From Treponema sp. (GTDB taxonomy: Bacteria > Spirochaetota > Spirochaetia > Treponematales > Treponemataceae): a DNA stretch of 64,000 nt. A program made the position numbers and the translations under genes. The stretch's first letter is position 1. The number at the start of each line of letters is the position of its first letter. Location: the NCBI GenBank assembly GCA_045597485.1, contig JAZLKI010000035.1:5011-69010 (forward strand), in the 5' to 3' direction. Below, one piece after another: positions 50,050-59,884 of the stretch. The notes below the pieces were generated by a model that saw only the letters and a program-made list of their open reading frames with translations, made no database searches and was not told where the DNA came from.

Positions 50050-50052
50050 ATT

Positions 50053-50913
50053 ATGGTTATCAACCACAACATGTCAGCAATTTTTGCTAACCGTCAGCTC
50101 GGAGTAACAGGCTTATCTTTAGACAAAGATATGGAAAAATTGTCTTCAGGTATGAGAATCAATCGCGCAGGCGATGACGCTTCAGGACTTGCAGTATCTG
50201 AAAAGATGCGCAGCCAGATCCGTGGTTTGAATCAGGCATCACAGAATGCTGAAAATGGTATCAGTTTCATTCAGACAACTGAAGGTTACCTTCAGGAAAC
50301 AACTGACATCATGCAGCGTATTCGTGAATTGGCTGTTCAGTCATCAAACGGAATCTATTCTGAAGAAGATCGTATGCAGATTCAGGTTGAAATCTCTGCT
50401 CTCGTTTCAGAAGTTGACCGCGTAGCAAGTTCTGCACAGTTCAACGGCATGAATATGCTTACTGGACGTTTCGCACAGCCAACTGGTGAAAACGTTGTAA
50501 CAGCTTCTATGTGGTTCCACATTGGATCAAACATGGATCAGCGTGTACAGGTATTCATTGGTACTATGTCAGCAATGGCACTTGGTATCCGCGAAATTGG
50601 TACAGAAGAAAAACTTTCACTTGCCACACCGGAAGATGCCAACCGCGCAATCGGTACTATCGACGAAGCATTGAAAAAGATCAACAAACAGCGTGCTGAT
50701 CTCGGTGCTTACCAGAACCGTCTTGAAATGACTGTAAAAGGATTGGATATCGGAGCTGAAAATCTTCAGGCTTCTGAATCTCGCATCCGTGATACAGACA
50801 TGGCTTCACAGATGGTTGAGTTCACAAAGAACTCAGTATTACAGCAGGCTGGAACTGCTATGTTGGCTCAGGCTAACTCACAGTCTCAGAACGTGTTGTC
50901 TTTACTTAGATAG
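50053..50913 (+). CDS. flaB: Periplasmic flagellar filament core flagellin FlaB
   Basis: [60 protein letters not shown]; ATG at 50053. Confidence 0.97.
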   Translation: MVINHNMSAIFANRQLGVTGLSLDKDMEKLSSGMRINRAGDDASGLAVSEKMRSQIRGLNQASQNAENGISFIQTTEGYLQETTDIMQRIRELAVQSSNGIYSEEDRMQIQVEISALVSEVDRVASSAQFNGMNMLTGRFAQPTGENVVTASMWFHIGSNMDQRVQVFIGTMSAMALGIREIGTEEKLSLATPEDANRAIGTIDEALKKINKQRADLGAYQNRLEMTVKGLDIGAENLQASESRIRDTDMASQMVEFTKNSVLQQAGTAMLAQANSQSQNVLSLLR

Positions 50914-50919
50914 TTAGCT

Positions 50920-50985
50920 ATAATTAGTTTGTGAGGATTGTTTTATGCAATCTTCACAACTAATTATCGCGGTGTTTTTTTTTTC
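50920..50985 (+). terminator. Long hairpin plus T run after the first flaB
   Basis: ATAATTAGTTTGTGAGGATTG/CAATCTTCACAACTAATTAT followed by a poly-T run. Confidence 0.65.
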
Positions 50986-51294
50986 TGCTTTACTCTTTCT
51001 TTTTACTCAAAAACATCGTACAATTAGTAGTGAAACTAAGATATTTAGCGTAACTAATTTCCGTATTTAACGGAAATGACATATACCCTTTCAGAGGTAT
51101 ATTGTTCTTTGACATATGTTTCCATGTTCAGTGGGTGACAGCAAGAACAGTCAGTTTAACTCACACTTTAGACTGACTATTCCTGCTGTATAGGTCTGAA
51201 ACTAGAATAGAGGCGCAACACTACTCTAGCCTTTCACCTGCAGGACGAAAAGCATGAGGCTTTTTGTTTTATAAGTAAACATGGAGGCAAAATT

Positions 51295-52143
51295 ATGATT
51301 ATTAATCACAATATGAGTTCTCTCTATGCAGACCGTGTATTGAACATTTCTAATGATTCAATCATGAAGAACATGGAGAAACTTTCTTCTGGTGAACGCA
51401 TCAATCGTGCCGGAGATGATGCTTCAGGACTCGCAGTATCAGAAAAAATGCGTAGTCAGATTCGCGGATTGAACCAGGCTTCAAAGAACATTATGAATGG
51501 AGTTTCTTTCATTCAGACAACAGAAGGTTATTTGCAGGAAACTACAGATATTCTTCAGCGTGTTCGTGAACTTGCTGTACAGTCTGCTAACGGTATCTAC
51601 AGCGATGAAGATCGTATGCAGATTCAGGTTGAAGTTTCACAGCTCGTTGCTGAAGTTGACCGCGTTGCTAGTCAGGCTCAGTTCAACGGTATGAATATGT
51701 TGACTGGACGTTTCGCTGCTGAAGGCGATGCTGTAATGCAGTTCCAGATTGGTGCTAATGTTGACCAGAACACACGTGTATTCATCGGTACAATGACAGC
51801 TACAGCTCTTGGTCTCAAGGGTGCTCAGGGTAGCGATGAACAGATTTCTATTTCATCTCCAGATGAAGCAAATATGACACTTGCTGCTGTTGACGCTGCT
51901 TTGACAAACGTTAACAAACAGAGAGCTGATCTTGGTGCTTATCAGAACAGATTTGAAATGGCTGCTGCTGGTGTAAATATTGCTGCTGAAAACACACAGG
52001 CTTCAGAATCACGTATCCGTGATACAGATATGGCTTCTGAAATCGTTGAATTCACAAAGAACCAGATTCTCACACAGGCTGGTACAGCAATGCTTTCACA
52101 GGCTAATTCACAGTCACAGACTGTATTGGCTTTGTTGCAGTAG
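51295..52143 (+). CDS. flaB: Second flagellin FlaB paralogue
   Basis: MIINHNMSS, conserved N- and C-terminal flagellin helices. Confidence 0.97.
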   Translation: MIINHNMSSLYADRVLNISNDSIMKNMEKLSSGERINRAGDDASGLAVSEKMRSQIRGLNQASKNIMNGVSFIQTTEGYLQETTDILQRVRELAVQSANGIYSDEDRMQIQVEVSQLVAEVDRVASQAQFNGMNMLTGRFAAEGDAVMQFQIGANVDQNTRVFIGTMTATALGLKGAQGSDEQISISSPDEANMTLAAVDAALTNVNKQRADLGAYQNRFEMAAAGVNIAAENTQASESRIRDTDMASEIVEFTKNQILTQAGTAMLSQANSQSQTVLALLQ

Positions 52144-52218
52144 AATTCACGTTAGGAAACTAACCAAAAAAAAATAAAGAGATTTCTGGATGTCGTCTTT
52201 TTATTTTTTTGATTAAAC

Positions 52219-52252
52219 GGAAGGGGTTGCGCCCCCCTTCCTTCCTTTTTTT
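52219..52252 (+). terminator. Terminator/attenuator between flaB and flaG
   Basis: GGAAGGGG-TTGCGC-CCCCTTCC then TTCCTTTTTTT. Confidence 0.6.
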
Positions 52253-52271
52253 GCAACTAAGGAGGAGAACT

Positions 52272-52658
52272 ATGAATACGATTACTCAAAATTCTATGGT
52301 TCATGTGGCAATGGATGGCCAGTCTCTTTACACAAATAGCACAAAGGCAACAACTAAGCCTGCAGAAAAACAGTCAGTTGTTGAATCCATAACTCCCACA
52401 GGAGCCCAGGTAGCTCAGAACATTGAGGCTTCAATGTCAGAAATTAAAGCCGATTCTCAAGAGCTACAAAAAATGTCTGAAATGGTAGCTGGTAATAAGC
52501 TCCAGTTCAATGTAAACAAAGAACTTGGTAGTGTTGTAGTAACAGTTGTTGATTCTGCAACAAATCAGGTTGTAAAACAGATTCCTTCAGAGGATATGTT
52601 AAATTTAAAACTACGTATTAGAAAAGCTATAGGAAACGTATTTAACGAAGTAATCTAA
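52272..52658 (+). CDS. flaG: Flagellar protein FlaG
   Basis: KLQFNVNKELGSVVVTVVDSATNQVVKQIPSE; between flaB and fliD; AAGGAGG RBS. Confidence 0.9.
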   Translation: MNTITQNSMVHVAMDGQSLYTNSTKATTKPAEKQSVVESITPTGAQVAQNIEASMSEIKADSQELQKMSEMVAGNKLQFNVNKELGSVVVTVVDSATNQVVKQIPSEDMLNLKLRIRKAIGNVFNEVI

Positions 52659-52661
52659 AGT

Positions 52662-54722
52662 ATGGCTGGAATTAGTATACCAGGCGTTACTGACAAGTAT
52701 AACACCAACGACACCGTTGAAAAGTTAATGAAGGTTGAAAGAATTCCTTTAACAAGGGAACAAAGTCAGCTGGAGACTTACAAAACTCAGAGGGACGCCT
52801 GGAGAGACATCAATACAAAACTCTCAAATCTTAGAGACAAAACAAAGACTCTCTACTCTTTTGAAAATCCTTTTAACAATAAATTAACAACCTCAACAGA
52901 AGAAAATGCTATTACTGCCGAAGCAAATCGTGGTGCATCTATTCAATCATTTAAAGTAGATGTAATTCAGCCAGCTACTGCAGACCGTTTTCTTTCATCT
53001 GAATTGGAAAATAATTTTAAAGTACCAGTTGGTACATATACATATAAAGTTGGTGAAAAACAAATTTCTTTCAACTGGAAAGGTGGTTCACTTAAAGATT
53101 TCACTGCAGCAATAAATAAACGAGGCAACAATGTAATTAAAGCTTCTGTAATTGGTGCCAGCAGCGGTTCTAAATCTTTATTAATCGAAGCAATTCCTAC
53201 AGGAAAAGAAAACCGACTTATTTTTGAAGACGATGCAAAAACTTTTGCTTTTGATTCAAAAATGATTGTAAAACTTAAATCGGAATCTCAAACTTTCGGT
53301 GAAACACAAAACGAAATTGCACCTGTCCATGAAGTTGAATACGACGAATCTCAGTACTTACCAGCTCTTTCTCTTACAAAAACAAAACTCACCGATGAAT
53401 CAATGATAGTTGAACCTCGTGGTGGTTACCAGGTGTCTATTCCATCTAAAATAGCATCAAATTCCGATTTACATATTCAGTTTACAATTAAAGCTTCTGA
53501 AACAGAAGATATTACTCCAGAGATTAACCGTTCTCTTTTACAACCAGAAATTCCAGATGCAGGCTTTGCAGAATACGCTGGTATTGTTATTAACAATATG
53601 AATTCCGATACAAATCTTGATTTACCAGCAGTTCCACCAGAGCCATTAGATCCAGTTCAAGATGAATCAGTATTATTTGCAATTATGGAAGATGGTACCG
53701 AAAAAGAAATTTTAACTCCTAACCTTTTAGCTGGTGAAACTTTAGATATGGACTTAAGCCTTAAGGAATTCCAGGGAATTAAAGCTATAGCAGTTAGAAA
53801 CAGAAATACTGGAACAACACTTGAAGTATCATCTTTTTCTGCTACAGATCCATTAAAAGATTTGGGATACGGTCCTTCAAACGCAATTACTGTTGCAGAC
53901 GATGCAATTATCAAATACGAAGGTATTACAATTACACGTCCTTCAAATAAAATAGACGATGTAGTTCCTGAAATTACACTTAATCTTCACGATAAAACAG
54001 ACAAAACTGCAACTATTGCCGTTAAGCCAGACGTAGATGCTTCAAAAGATGCAATTATCGCTTTTGTTGGACAGTACAATCAGACAGTAGCAGAATTAAA
54101 CATTCTTTCTCAAAACAAAACTGCTATAGTAGATGAATTAGATTACCTTACAAAAGATGAAAAAGATGAAGAAAAGAAAAAACTTGGCATGTTCCAGACT
54201 GACTTTTCTTTAACAAGCATTAAGTCAAATATGGCTTCTGCTATTTCTGCAAATTATAATTTTTCTGATAATGCAGAAATTACAATGCTTTCGCAGTTAG
54301 GAATTGCAACAAATGCCAGCGGTTTTTCCGGCGGATATTCAGAAACAAAACTTCGCGGCTATCTTGAAATTGATGAAAAGAAATTAGATTCTGCACTTGA
54401 AAATCACCTTGATGATATCCGACAATTATTTGGTTATGATTCAGATGGTGACTTAATTGTAGATTCTGGAATTGCATATAAATTAGACAAAGAAATTGCT
54501 GCATACACACAAACCGGCGGAATTCTTTCTATGAAAACTTCCAGTCTTGATACAAAAATTAAATCTTCGGAACAGAAGATTGCAAGACTTGAAACTCAAA
54601 TGGAAAGTAAAGAAGCAGATTTGAGAAACAAATATAGTCAAATGGAAGGATCTTTAAACAGTCTTGAAGCTCAACAAACAACAATTTCTAATTTTACAAG
54701 ACGGAACAATTCTAATAACTAA
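52662..54722 (+). CDS. fliD: Flagellar filament cap protein (long spirochaete form)
   Basis: VEKLMKVERIPL N-terminus, ITRPSNKIDDVVPEITL, LEIDEKKL, coiled-coil C-terminus. Confidence 0.93.
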   Translation: MAGISIPGVTDKYNTNDTVEKLMKVERIPLTREQSQLETYKTQRDAWRDINTKLSNLRDKTKTLYSFENPFNNKLTTSTEENAITAEANRGASIQSFKVDVIQPATADRFLSSELENNFKVPVGTYTYKVGEKQISFNWKGGSLKDFTAAINKRGNNVIKASVIGASSGSKSLLIEAIPTGKENRLIFEDDAKTFAFDSKMIVKLKSESQTFGETQNEIAPVHEVEYDESQYLPALSLTKTKLTDESMIVEPRGGYQVSIPSKIASNSDLHIQFTIKASETEDITPEINRSLLQPEIPDAGFAEYAGIVINNMNSDTNLDLPAVPPEPLDPVQDESVLFAIMEDGTEKEILTPNLLAGETLDMDLSLKEFQGIKAIAVRNRNTGTTLEVSSFSATDPLKDLGYGPSNAITVADDAIIKYEGITITRPSNKIDDVVPEITLNLHDKTDKTATIAVKPDVDASKDAIIAFVGQYNQTVAELNILSQNKTAIVDELDYLTKDEKDEEKKKLGMFQTDFSLTSIKSNMASAISANYNFSDNAEITMLSQLGIATNASGFSGGYSETKLRGYLEIDEKKLDSALENHLDDIRQLFGYDSDGDLIVDSGIAYKLDKEIAAYTQTGGILSMKTSSLDTKIKSSEQKIARLETQMESKEADLRNKYSQMEGSLNSLEAQQTTISNFTRRNNSNN

Positions 54723-54732
54723 GGAATAAATT

Positions 54733-55326
54733 ATGATTGAATTTTACATAAACGGACAAAAGGTAGATGCTCAGATAGAAGATGAACAGACTGTAGGAGA
54801 TGTTCTTAAATCTTTTGAAATGACTTGTGAAGAAAATGAAGCTGCAGTAATTGGCATTTATGTAGATGACAAACAGATTACAGCAGAAACCTTCGATGAA
54901 GAATCTGTAAAACCTATTGGAAAAGATACAAAATTTGATTTTTCAATCGTTACTAAAAATGATATTAAAGCTTCTTTTGCAAAATTGTCAGAACTTTTTA
55001 ATCAGCTGGCTGTAGAAATGGAACAGGTTCCTGTTTCTCTCCAGAATGGTAAAAATCTTGAAGTCAGCAATTCAATTAAAACTTTGGCAGACAGCATTGA
55101 TCAGTTCTGCCATGTTGCTACATTGGCTACACTATTCCCAGAAACCTTTAATAACACAACAATAAACAGTGTTAATTTTAATGACTTCTTTGCGGAATTC
55201 TCTCCTATTCTTAAAGATTTTGAACAGGCATTACAGAATAATGATTCCGTAATGATTGGCGATTTGTCTGAATATGAAATTTGTCCTAGACTCCAGGAAA
55301 TTTCTAAGGCACTTAAAAATATGTAG
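54733..55326 (+). CDS. Hypothetical protein in the flagellar operon
   Basis: 197-aa ORF with RBS, C-terminal GDLSEYEICP helix motif. Confidence 0.75.
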   Translation: MIEFYINGQKVDAQIEDEQTVGDVLKSFEMTCEENEAAVIGIYVDDKQITAETFDEESVKPIGKDTKFDFSIVTKNDIKASFAKLSELFNQLAVEMEQVPVSLQNGKNLEVSNSIKTLADSIDQFCHVATLATLFPETFNNTTINSVNFNDFFAEFSPILKDFEQALQNNDSVMIGDLSEYEICPRLQEISKALKNM

Positions 55327-55346
55327 ATTTACAAAGGGGAAAGCTT

Positions 55347-56438
55347 ATGTTTGGAAAATATGCAGGAGGTTCTGGTTCACCTATAGAAGCAAGAAGTACT
55401 GCTCCTATTTTATTAATCATTATTATCTTAGCTGCAATTTCGGCATTTTTATTTATCCTCTATGTAATTGTTAAGAAAATTACAGATTATAAAAAATCTG
55501 ACGTATATCACGACAAAGAAGTAAACAGAAAAACTAAATATTCTGATGTAACAAAATTTGTAAAAGATAACAACCTGTCTTCTGCCGATGCAAAACTTCT
55601 TTGGGATGTAAGCAACATAACAGAAGCATTAAACATCAACTATTTATTAAAAAGCAATGCAGCGGTAAATGATTTATTTAGAACTGCTTATTATAAATTT
55701 AAAGAAAGCAACTATTTTACAGACAAAAAACTTAATGATTTTTTTATTTGTCTGTACAGAATTGAAACTGCAGTTGCGCAATTAAGAACACTTTCTTCAA
55801 CTCGTCAGATTCCAGAAAACTCTATTATTTTTTATATTGCAGATTCTGGTGAACAGTATCCTTTTACAGTTATTAATAATAATAAAGATTTTTTTATTGT
55901 TGAAATTCCAGACTTTATGGCTACTAACGAAAGAAAGCCTAAAACTCTTATAAGAAGCAGATTCACTTTTAAAACTAGTGATGGACTTTCATACAATTTA
56001 ATTTCCAGAATCATACGTTATGATGTTTCAAAAGAGGGGAAAAATCTTATGATTATTTCCCATACAGATCAGTTGGAATGTCAGGCACAGCGAAACTTTA
56101 AACGTGAATTTTTCCAGGAAATCTGTTTGTTCTCGTCAGTTAAATCTGAAAATAAAAATAATGAAAAAGTTTATATAGAATCAGAAAAAAAGTACAAGGG
56201 AAAACTTACAAACATTTCTGCAGGTGGTTGTTGTATAAATACAACTTTACCAATCAAAGAAAATCAGCTTATAGGAATTAACCTTCCTGAGCATGGAATT
56301 GATGAAACTATTGTTGGTGTAATTCGACGTACAAGAAAATTACCTAATATGACTTTCGCACTCCATATTCAGTTTATTAAGCTTTCTCTTAAAACAAAAA
56401 ACCAGATTTATACAATGGTTTACAAGTATGAATTGTAA
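55347..56438 (+). CDS. Membrane-anchored PilZ-domain (c-di-GMP receptor / flagellar brake-like) protein
   Basis: N-terminal TM; RNFKR (RxxxR) and NISAGG ([D/N]xSxxG). Confidence 0.85.
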   Translation: MFGKYAGGSGSPIEARSTAPILLIIIILAAISAFLFILYVIVKKITDYKKSDVYHDKEVNRKTKYSDVTKFVKDNNLSSADAKLLWDVSNITEALNINYLLKSNAAVNDLFRTAYYKFKESNYFTDKKLNDFFICLYRIETAVAQLRTLSSTRQIPENSIIFYIADSGEQYPFTVINNNKDFFIVEIPDFMATNERKPKTLIRSRFTFKTSDGLSYNLISRIIRYDVSKEGKNLMIISHTDQLECQAQRNFKREFFQEICLFSSVKSENKNNEKVYIESEKKYKGKLTNISAGGCCINTTLPIKENQLIGINLPEHGIDETIVGVIRRTRKLPNMTFALHIQFIKLSLKTKNQIYTMVYKYEL

Positions 56439-56486
56439 TATGTCATACTTGATATCACATTTGATTTAAGGTATTCTTTTTAAACT

Positions 56487-56750
56487 ATGAAAGTAATTGA
56501 GCTTAAAGACGTTCAGAGAGAGGAAGGTCAAATTTTTTACAGAAGAAAGTACACTTGTAATGCAGTTCTTGAATTGCCTACAAATGACGAGACCGTTCCT
56601 ATACAATTTATCATAGACATGGATCCATTAGGACGAAAAACTCTGGAATTTTCATTTCCTCAACCAATCAGTTACCCTTTGATGCCTGTAAAAAAAGCTT
56701 TAACAGAATATATTCTTACCGAAGATACAGAAGGTCGCTTACCTTGTTAA
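56487..56750 (+). CDS. Small hypothetical protein
   Basis: 87-aa ORF overlapping the tsaE start. Confidence 0.7.
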   Translation: MKVIELKDVQREEGQIFYRRKYTCNAVLELPTNDETVPIQFIIDMDPLGRKTLEFSFPQPISYPLMPVKKALTEYILTEDTEGRLPC

Positions 56751-57175
56751 CTTTCATTACAAATTCCCCAGAAGAAACAATAGCTCTTGGACAGCGCATT
56801 GGAAACAAACTCAAAAAAGGCGATGTAATTGCAATGCAGGGCACCTTAGCTGCTGGGAAAACAACAATTACAAAGGGAATCGCACAAGCGTTAGGAATTT
56901 CTGACACTATAACAAGCCCTACTTTTTGTTTAATAAGCGAATATTATGGCAAAATGCCTCTTTACCATATGGACGTATACCGCCTTGACGGTGGTGAAGA
57001 TTTTATAAATCTTGGTACTGACGATATGATTTACGGAGACGGAGTTTCAATTATTGAATGGTCAGAAAAAATCATGGAAGAACTTCCAAAAAAGACTATT
57101 ATTCTTCGTATAACTCCAAATGAAGACGGCAGCAGAAAAATTGAAATAGAAAACTGGCAGAATGGAGATATATAA
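56744..57175 (+). CDS. tsaE: t6A biosynthesis ATPase TsaE
   Basis: GTLAAGKTT, TSPTF, YHMDVYRL, IIEW. Confidence 0.96.
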   Translation: MLTFITNSPEETIALGQRIGNKLKKGDVIAMQGTLAAGKTTITKGIAQALGISDTITSPTFCLISEYYGKMPLYHMDVYRLDGGEDFINLGTDDMIYGDGVSIIEWSEKIMEELPKKTIILRITPNEDGSRKIEIENWQNGDI

Positions 57176-57852
57176 TGAATATTTTAGTTTTAGATTGTGC
57201 AGTAACAAAACTTTCAATCGGAGTTAAAACAGATTCAAAATTTATTTCTACAACTTATGATATTGGAATGCGCCAGTCAGAAATTCTTGTTCCAGCCATT
57301 GATGATATTTTAAAAAAGGCTGAAATTACCACTGCCGAATTAAACTTCACCGCCCTTACAGTTGGCCCCGGCAGTTTTACAGGCTTACGACTTGGCATTT
57401 CTGCATTAAAAGCAATTGAACTTGCATATAATGTTCCAGTTTACGGAATTTCTTCTCTTAAATTATACGAATATCCATTTACAGATTCACAGTTCCCTAT
57501 TATCAGTTGTATTGATGCAAATAAAGACAAATTTTATGCACGTATCTCTGAAGCAGGAACTGTTTTACTGGAAGACGGAGATTACGAAATCTCTACTATT
57601 ATTGATACAGTAAAGAACTTTGAAAAGATTTTTATTTGCGGACCTGATGCATTAAAACTAAAAGAAAGAATTGGCGAAGAAAACAAAGATTTTGAATTAA
57701 TTGCTCCTAAAGTTCAGCCAATTACAACTGAATCATTAGTAAAAATCACAGAAGAAATGATTGCAAATGGCGAACCTACTCTTAAAGATTTCGACGGACC
57801 TGTTTATCTTAGAGCAAGTGAAGCTGAAATTGCATTAAAAAATAAAGAGTAA
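57175..57852 (+). CDS. tsaB: t6A biosynthesis protein TsaB
   Basis: VGPGSFTGLRLG, IDA, PVYLR. Confidence 0.95.
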   Translation: MNILVLDCAVTKLSIGVKTDSKFISTTYDIGMRQSEILVPAIDDILKKAEITTAELNFTALTVGPGSFTGLRLGISALKAIELAYNVPVYGISSLKLYEYPFTDSQFPIISCIDANKDKFYARISEAGTVLLEDGDYEISTIIDTVKNFEKIFICGPDALKLKERIGEENKDFELIAPKVQPITTESLVKITEEMIANGEPTLKDFDGPVYLRASEAEIALKNKE

Positions 57853-57860
57853 TTCCAGTT

Positions 57861-58106
57861 TTATTTTTTAAGTAACTTACTGATTGCACGAACCGCACTT
57901 AATGAACTTTCAGATTCTTTAGATTCAACTAAAGCAGCTTTATTTTCAATCTGAATAGCATCAAATACTTCCTGGCGGAATACTTTTACATTTTTTGGAG
58001 CTTCAACACCAATTTTAACCTGATCTCCGTGAACATCAATCAAAGTAATTGTAATATCGTCTCCGATCTTTATTTTTTCATCAATTTTACGAGAAAGAAT
58101 TAACAT
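57861..58106 (-). CDS. csrA: Carbon storage regulator
   Basis: [24 protein letters not shown]. Confidence 0.97.
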   Translation of the reverse strand: MLILSRKIDEKIKIGDDITITLIDVHGDQVKIGVEAPKNVKVFRQEVFDAIQIENKAALVESKESESSLSAVRAISKLLKK

Positions 58107-58555
58107 TAGCACTCTCCTTTTGAATTGTTTTTGAGAGCTTCTACAATGTTAACTTTTGTAGACCAGCGGTTATCATTCAAAATAACCTGCATACATTCTT
58201 TATTAATTTTATTTATTACAAGAGGTCCCTGGAAGTTAGCAGTAATTGCACTTCCGTCGTGAGGAATTGTAACAATAGTCATAATGATAATATCTTCAGG
58301 TTTTTTAATGCCAATTTTACCTAAAGATTCATCATCAATATCAGTTTCATATTCTGAACAAATTAAAAAAGGATCAACAATTAAAAATGCAACGTTTGGA
58401 TCATCACAAGACTGAAGCCAAATAAATGGATCATAATCAGAATCAACCAAAGCATAATTTTTTAAATCTTCGAAACCAAAAAGACCTTCTGGAATTGTGA
58501 GCAGACAGTCTTCCGAGATTTCAATTTTTCCTTTTGCTTTTGTAATAATTTCCAT
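58106..58555 (-). CDS. fliW: Flagellar assembly factor FliW
   Basis: [25 protein letters not shown]; coupled to csrA. Confidence 0.96.
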   Translation of the reverse strand: MEIITKAKGKIEISEDCLLTIPEGLFGFEDLKNYALVDSDYDPFIWLQSCDDPNVAFLIVDPFLICSEYETDIDDESLGKIGIKKPEDIIIMTIVTIPHDGSAITANFQGPLVINKINKECMQVILNDNRWSTKVNIVEALKNNSKGEC

Positions 58556-58614
58556 TTGTTAGTTTACTCCTGTTATACAGATTTTGTTTACTTATATGCT
58601 AACTTTTTTAATCT

Positions 58615-59859
58615 TTATTTCATGTAGTTCAATAATGTTGAACTGTACATTTTTCCAGCCTGACTTAAAGTTGCCTGATTTGTATAATCAAGCATTTTCA
58701 AATCTGTAATTGCTTTTGTAAAATCAAGGTCACCTTCACGGCTTACCATTCCAGTAACATCAAGTGCCAATTTACTGCTGCGAGTTGCATTCAACTGAGC
58801 ACGTTCATATTCAGAGCCAGATTTTGCAATTCTAGTTACAAGACTATCAATTCCCTGATCAAGACTACCTAATACACGGCCACCAATTGTTTCAGAATCA
58901 CCGGCAAGTAAAGCATTACGAAAAGCAATAACAGTATCAAACATACTTCCGCCACTTACACGAGTGCCAGTTCCAATATTATACGGAGGCAACTGTGAAG
59001 AATCTTTTATAATTCCAAGTTCTTCCAATGCACCTCCTTCAATATCCTGCAACCAAAGCTGACGGGCATCTGTAGTAGCAAGATTTAATCCATGACGAAC
59101 AGGATCAATAGAAGCTTTTACAGCAGCCCCAGAATTATTGATTTTTGCAGCAACAGCATAAACATTGTCGCCCTGACTAATATTAATTTTTACACCGTCA
59201 ACAGAAATTACAGTATCTGAACTTGCCTGCCATGTAGAAGCATCACGTCCACCAAACAACTGCTGATTTTCAGCCCAGAAAGTTTTTACTCCCGCATTAT
59301 CATTTTCTATATATTTACCTTCATCAACTTCAATGCGATTTACATCAATATTTCCGTTATAGCGAACATTCTGAATTAAAGGTACACCACTACCTTCAAC
59401 ATTACCCATTTCAATATCAAAAGCTACAGCCTTAGTATTAGTACCTGCAAAAATAGATTTTCCATCTGGTCCAACTGCATTTGCATTCTGAACAAGAGCT
59501 TTCAAAAGTTCATCGACTTCTGTAGCCATATTTTTCATATCTTCTGGAGAATAAATACCGTTTGCACCAGTTACAGCAAGTTCACGAACTCTCTGCATAA
59601 TATCAAGAGAATCTGTCATATAACCTTCACGAACCGTAAATTCGTCAGATAAAGTCAATGCATTTTTTTCAAACTGATTAACACGTCCAAGGTAAGACTG
59701 ATAACGTACTAAATGACCAGCAGCAATAGGATCATCTCGTAACTGCTGAATACGATGCTGTGAACCAATCTGATTATTAGCACGATTCAAACGAGATTCC
59801 TGTAAACGCAAACTGCTCTGAGTATTGCTATTATTCATCTGACTACTGATTCTCTGCAT
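58615..59859 (-). CDS. flgL: Hook-associated protein 3
   Basis: [19 protein letters not shown]-terminal STLLNYM. Confidence 0.95.
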   Translation of the reverse strand: MQRISSQMNNSNTQSSLRLQESRLNRANNQIGSQHRIQQLRDDPIAAGHLVRYQSYLGRVNQFEKNALTLSDEFTVREGYMTDSLDIMQRVRELAVTGANGIYSPEDMKNMATEVDELLKALVQNANAVGPDGKSIFAGTNTKAVAFDIEMGNVEGSGVPLIQNVRYNGNIDVNRIEVDEGKYIENDNAGVKTFWAENQQLFGGRDASTWQASSDTVISVDGVKINISQGDNVYAVAAKINNSGAAVKASIDPVRHGLNLATTDARQLWLQDIEGGALEELGIIKDSSQLPPYNIGTGTRVSGGSMFDTVIAFRNALLAGDSETIGGRVLGSLDQGIDSLVTRIAKSGSEYERAQLNATRSSKLALDVTGMVSREGDLDFTKAITDLKMLDYTNQATLSQAGKMYSSTLLNYMK

Positions 59860-59884
59860 ATTTTATTCCTCCAAAGGACCTTTA

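Noticed and set aside
51208-51216. Lysine riboswitch start (AGAGGCGC)
   Set aside because: None of the downstream conserved elements is present, the space is too short, and the context is a flagellin gene
51173-51252. Hammerhead ribozyme (CTGA...GGACGAAA)
   Set aside because: The core reads CUGACUA rather than CUGANGA and the 10.1-11.1 pair is missing
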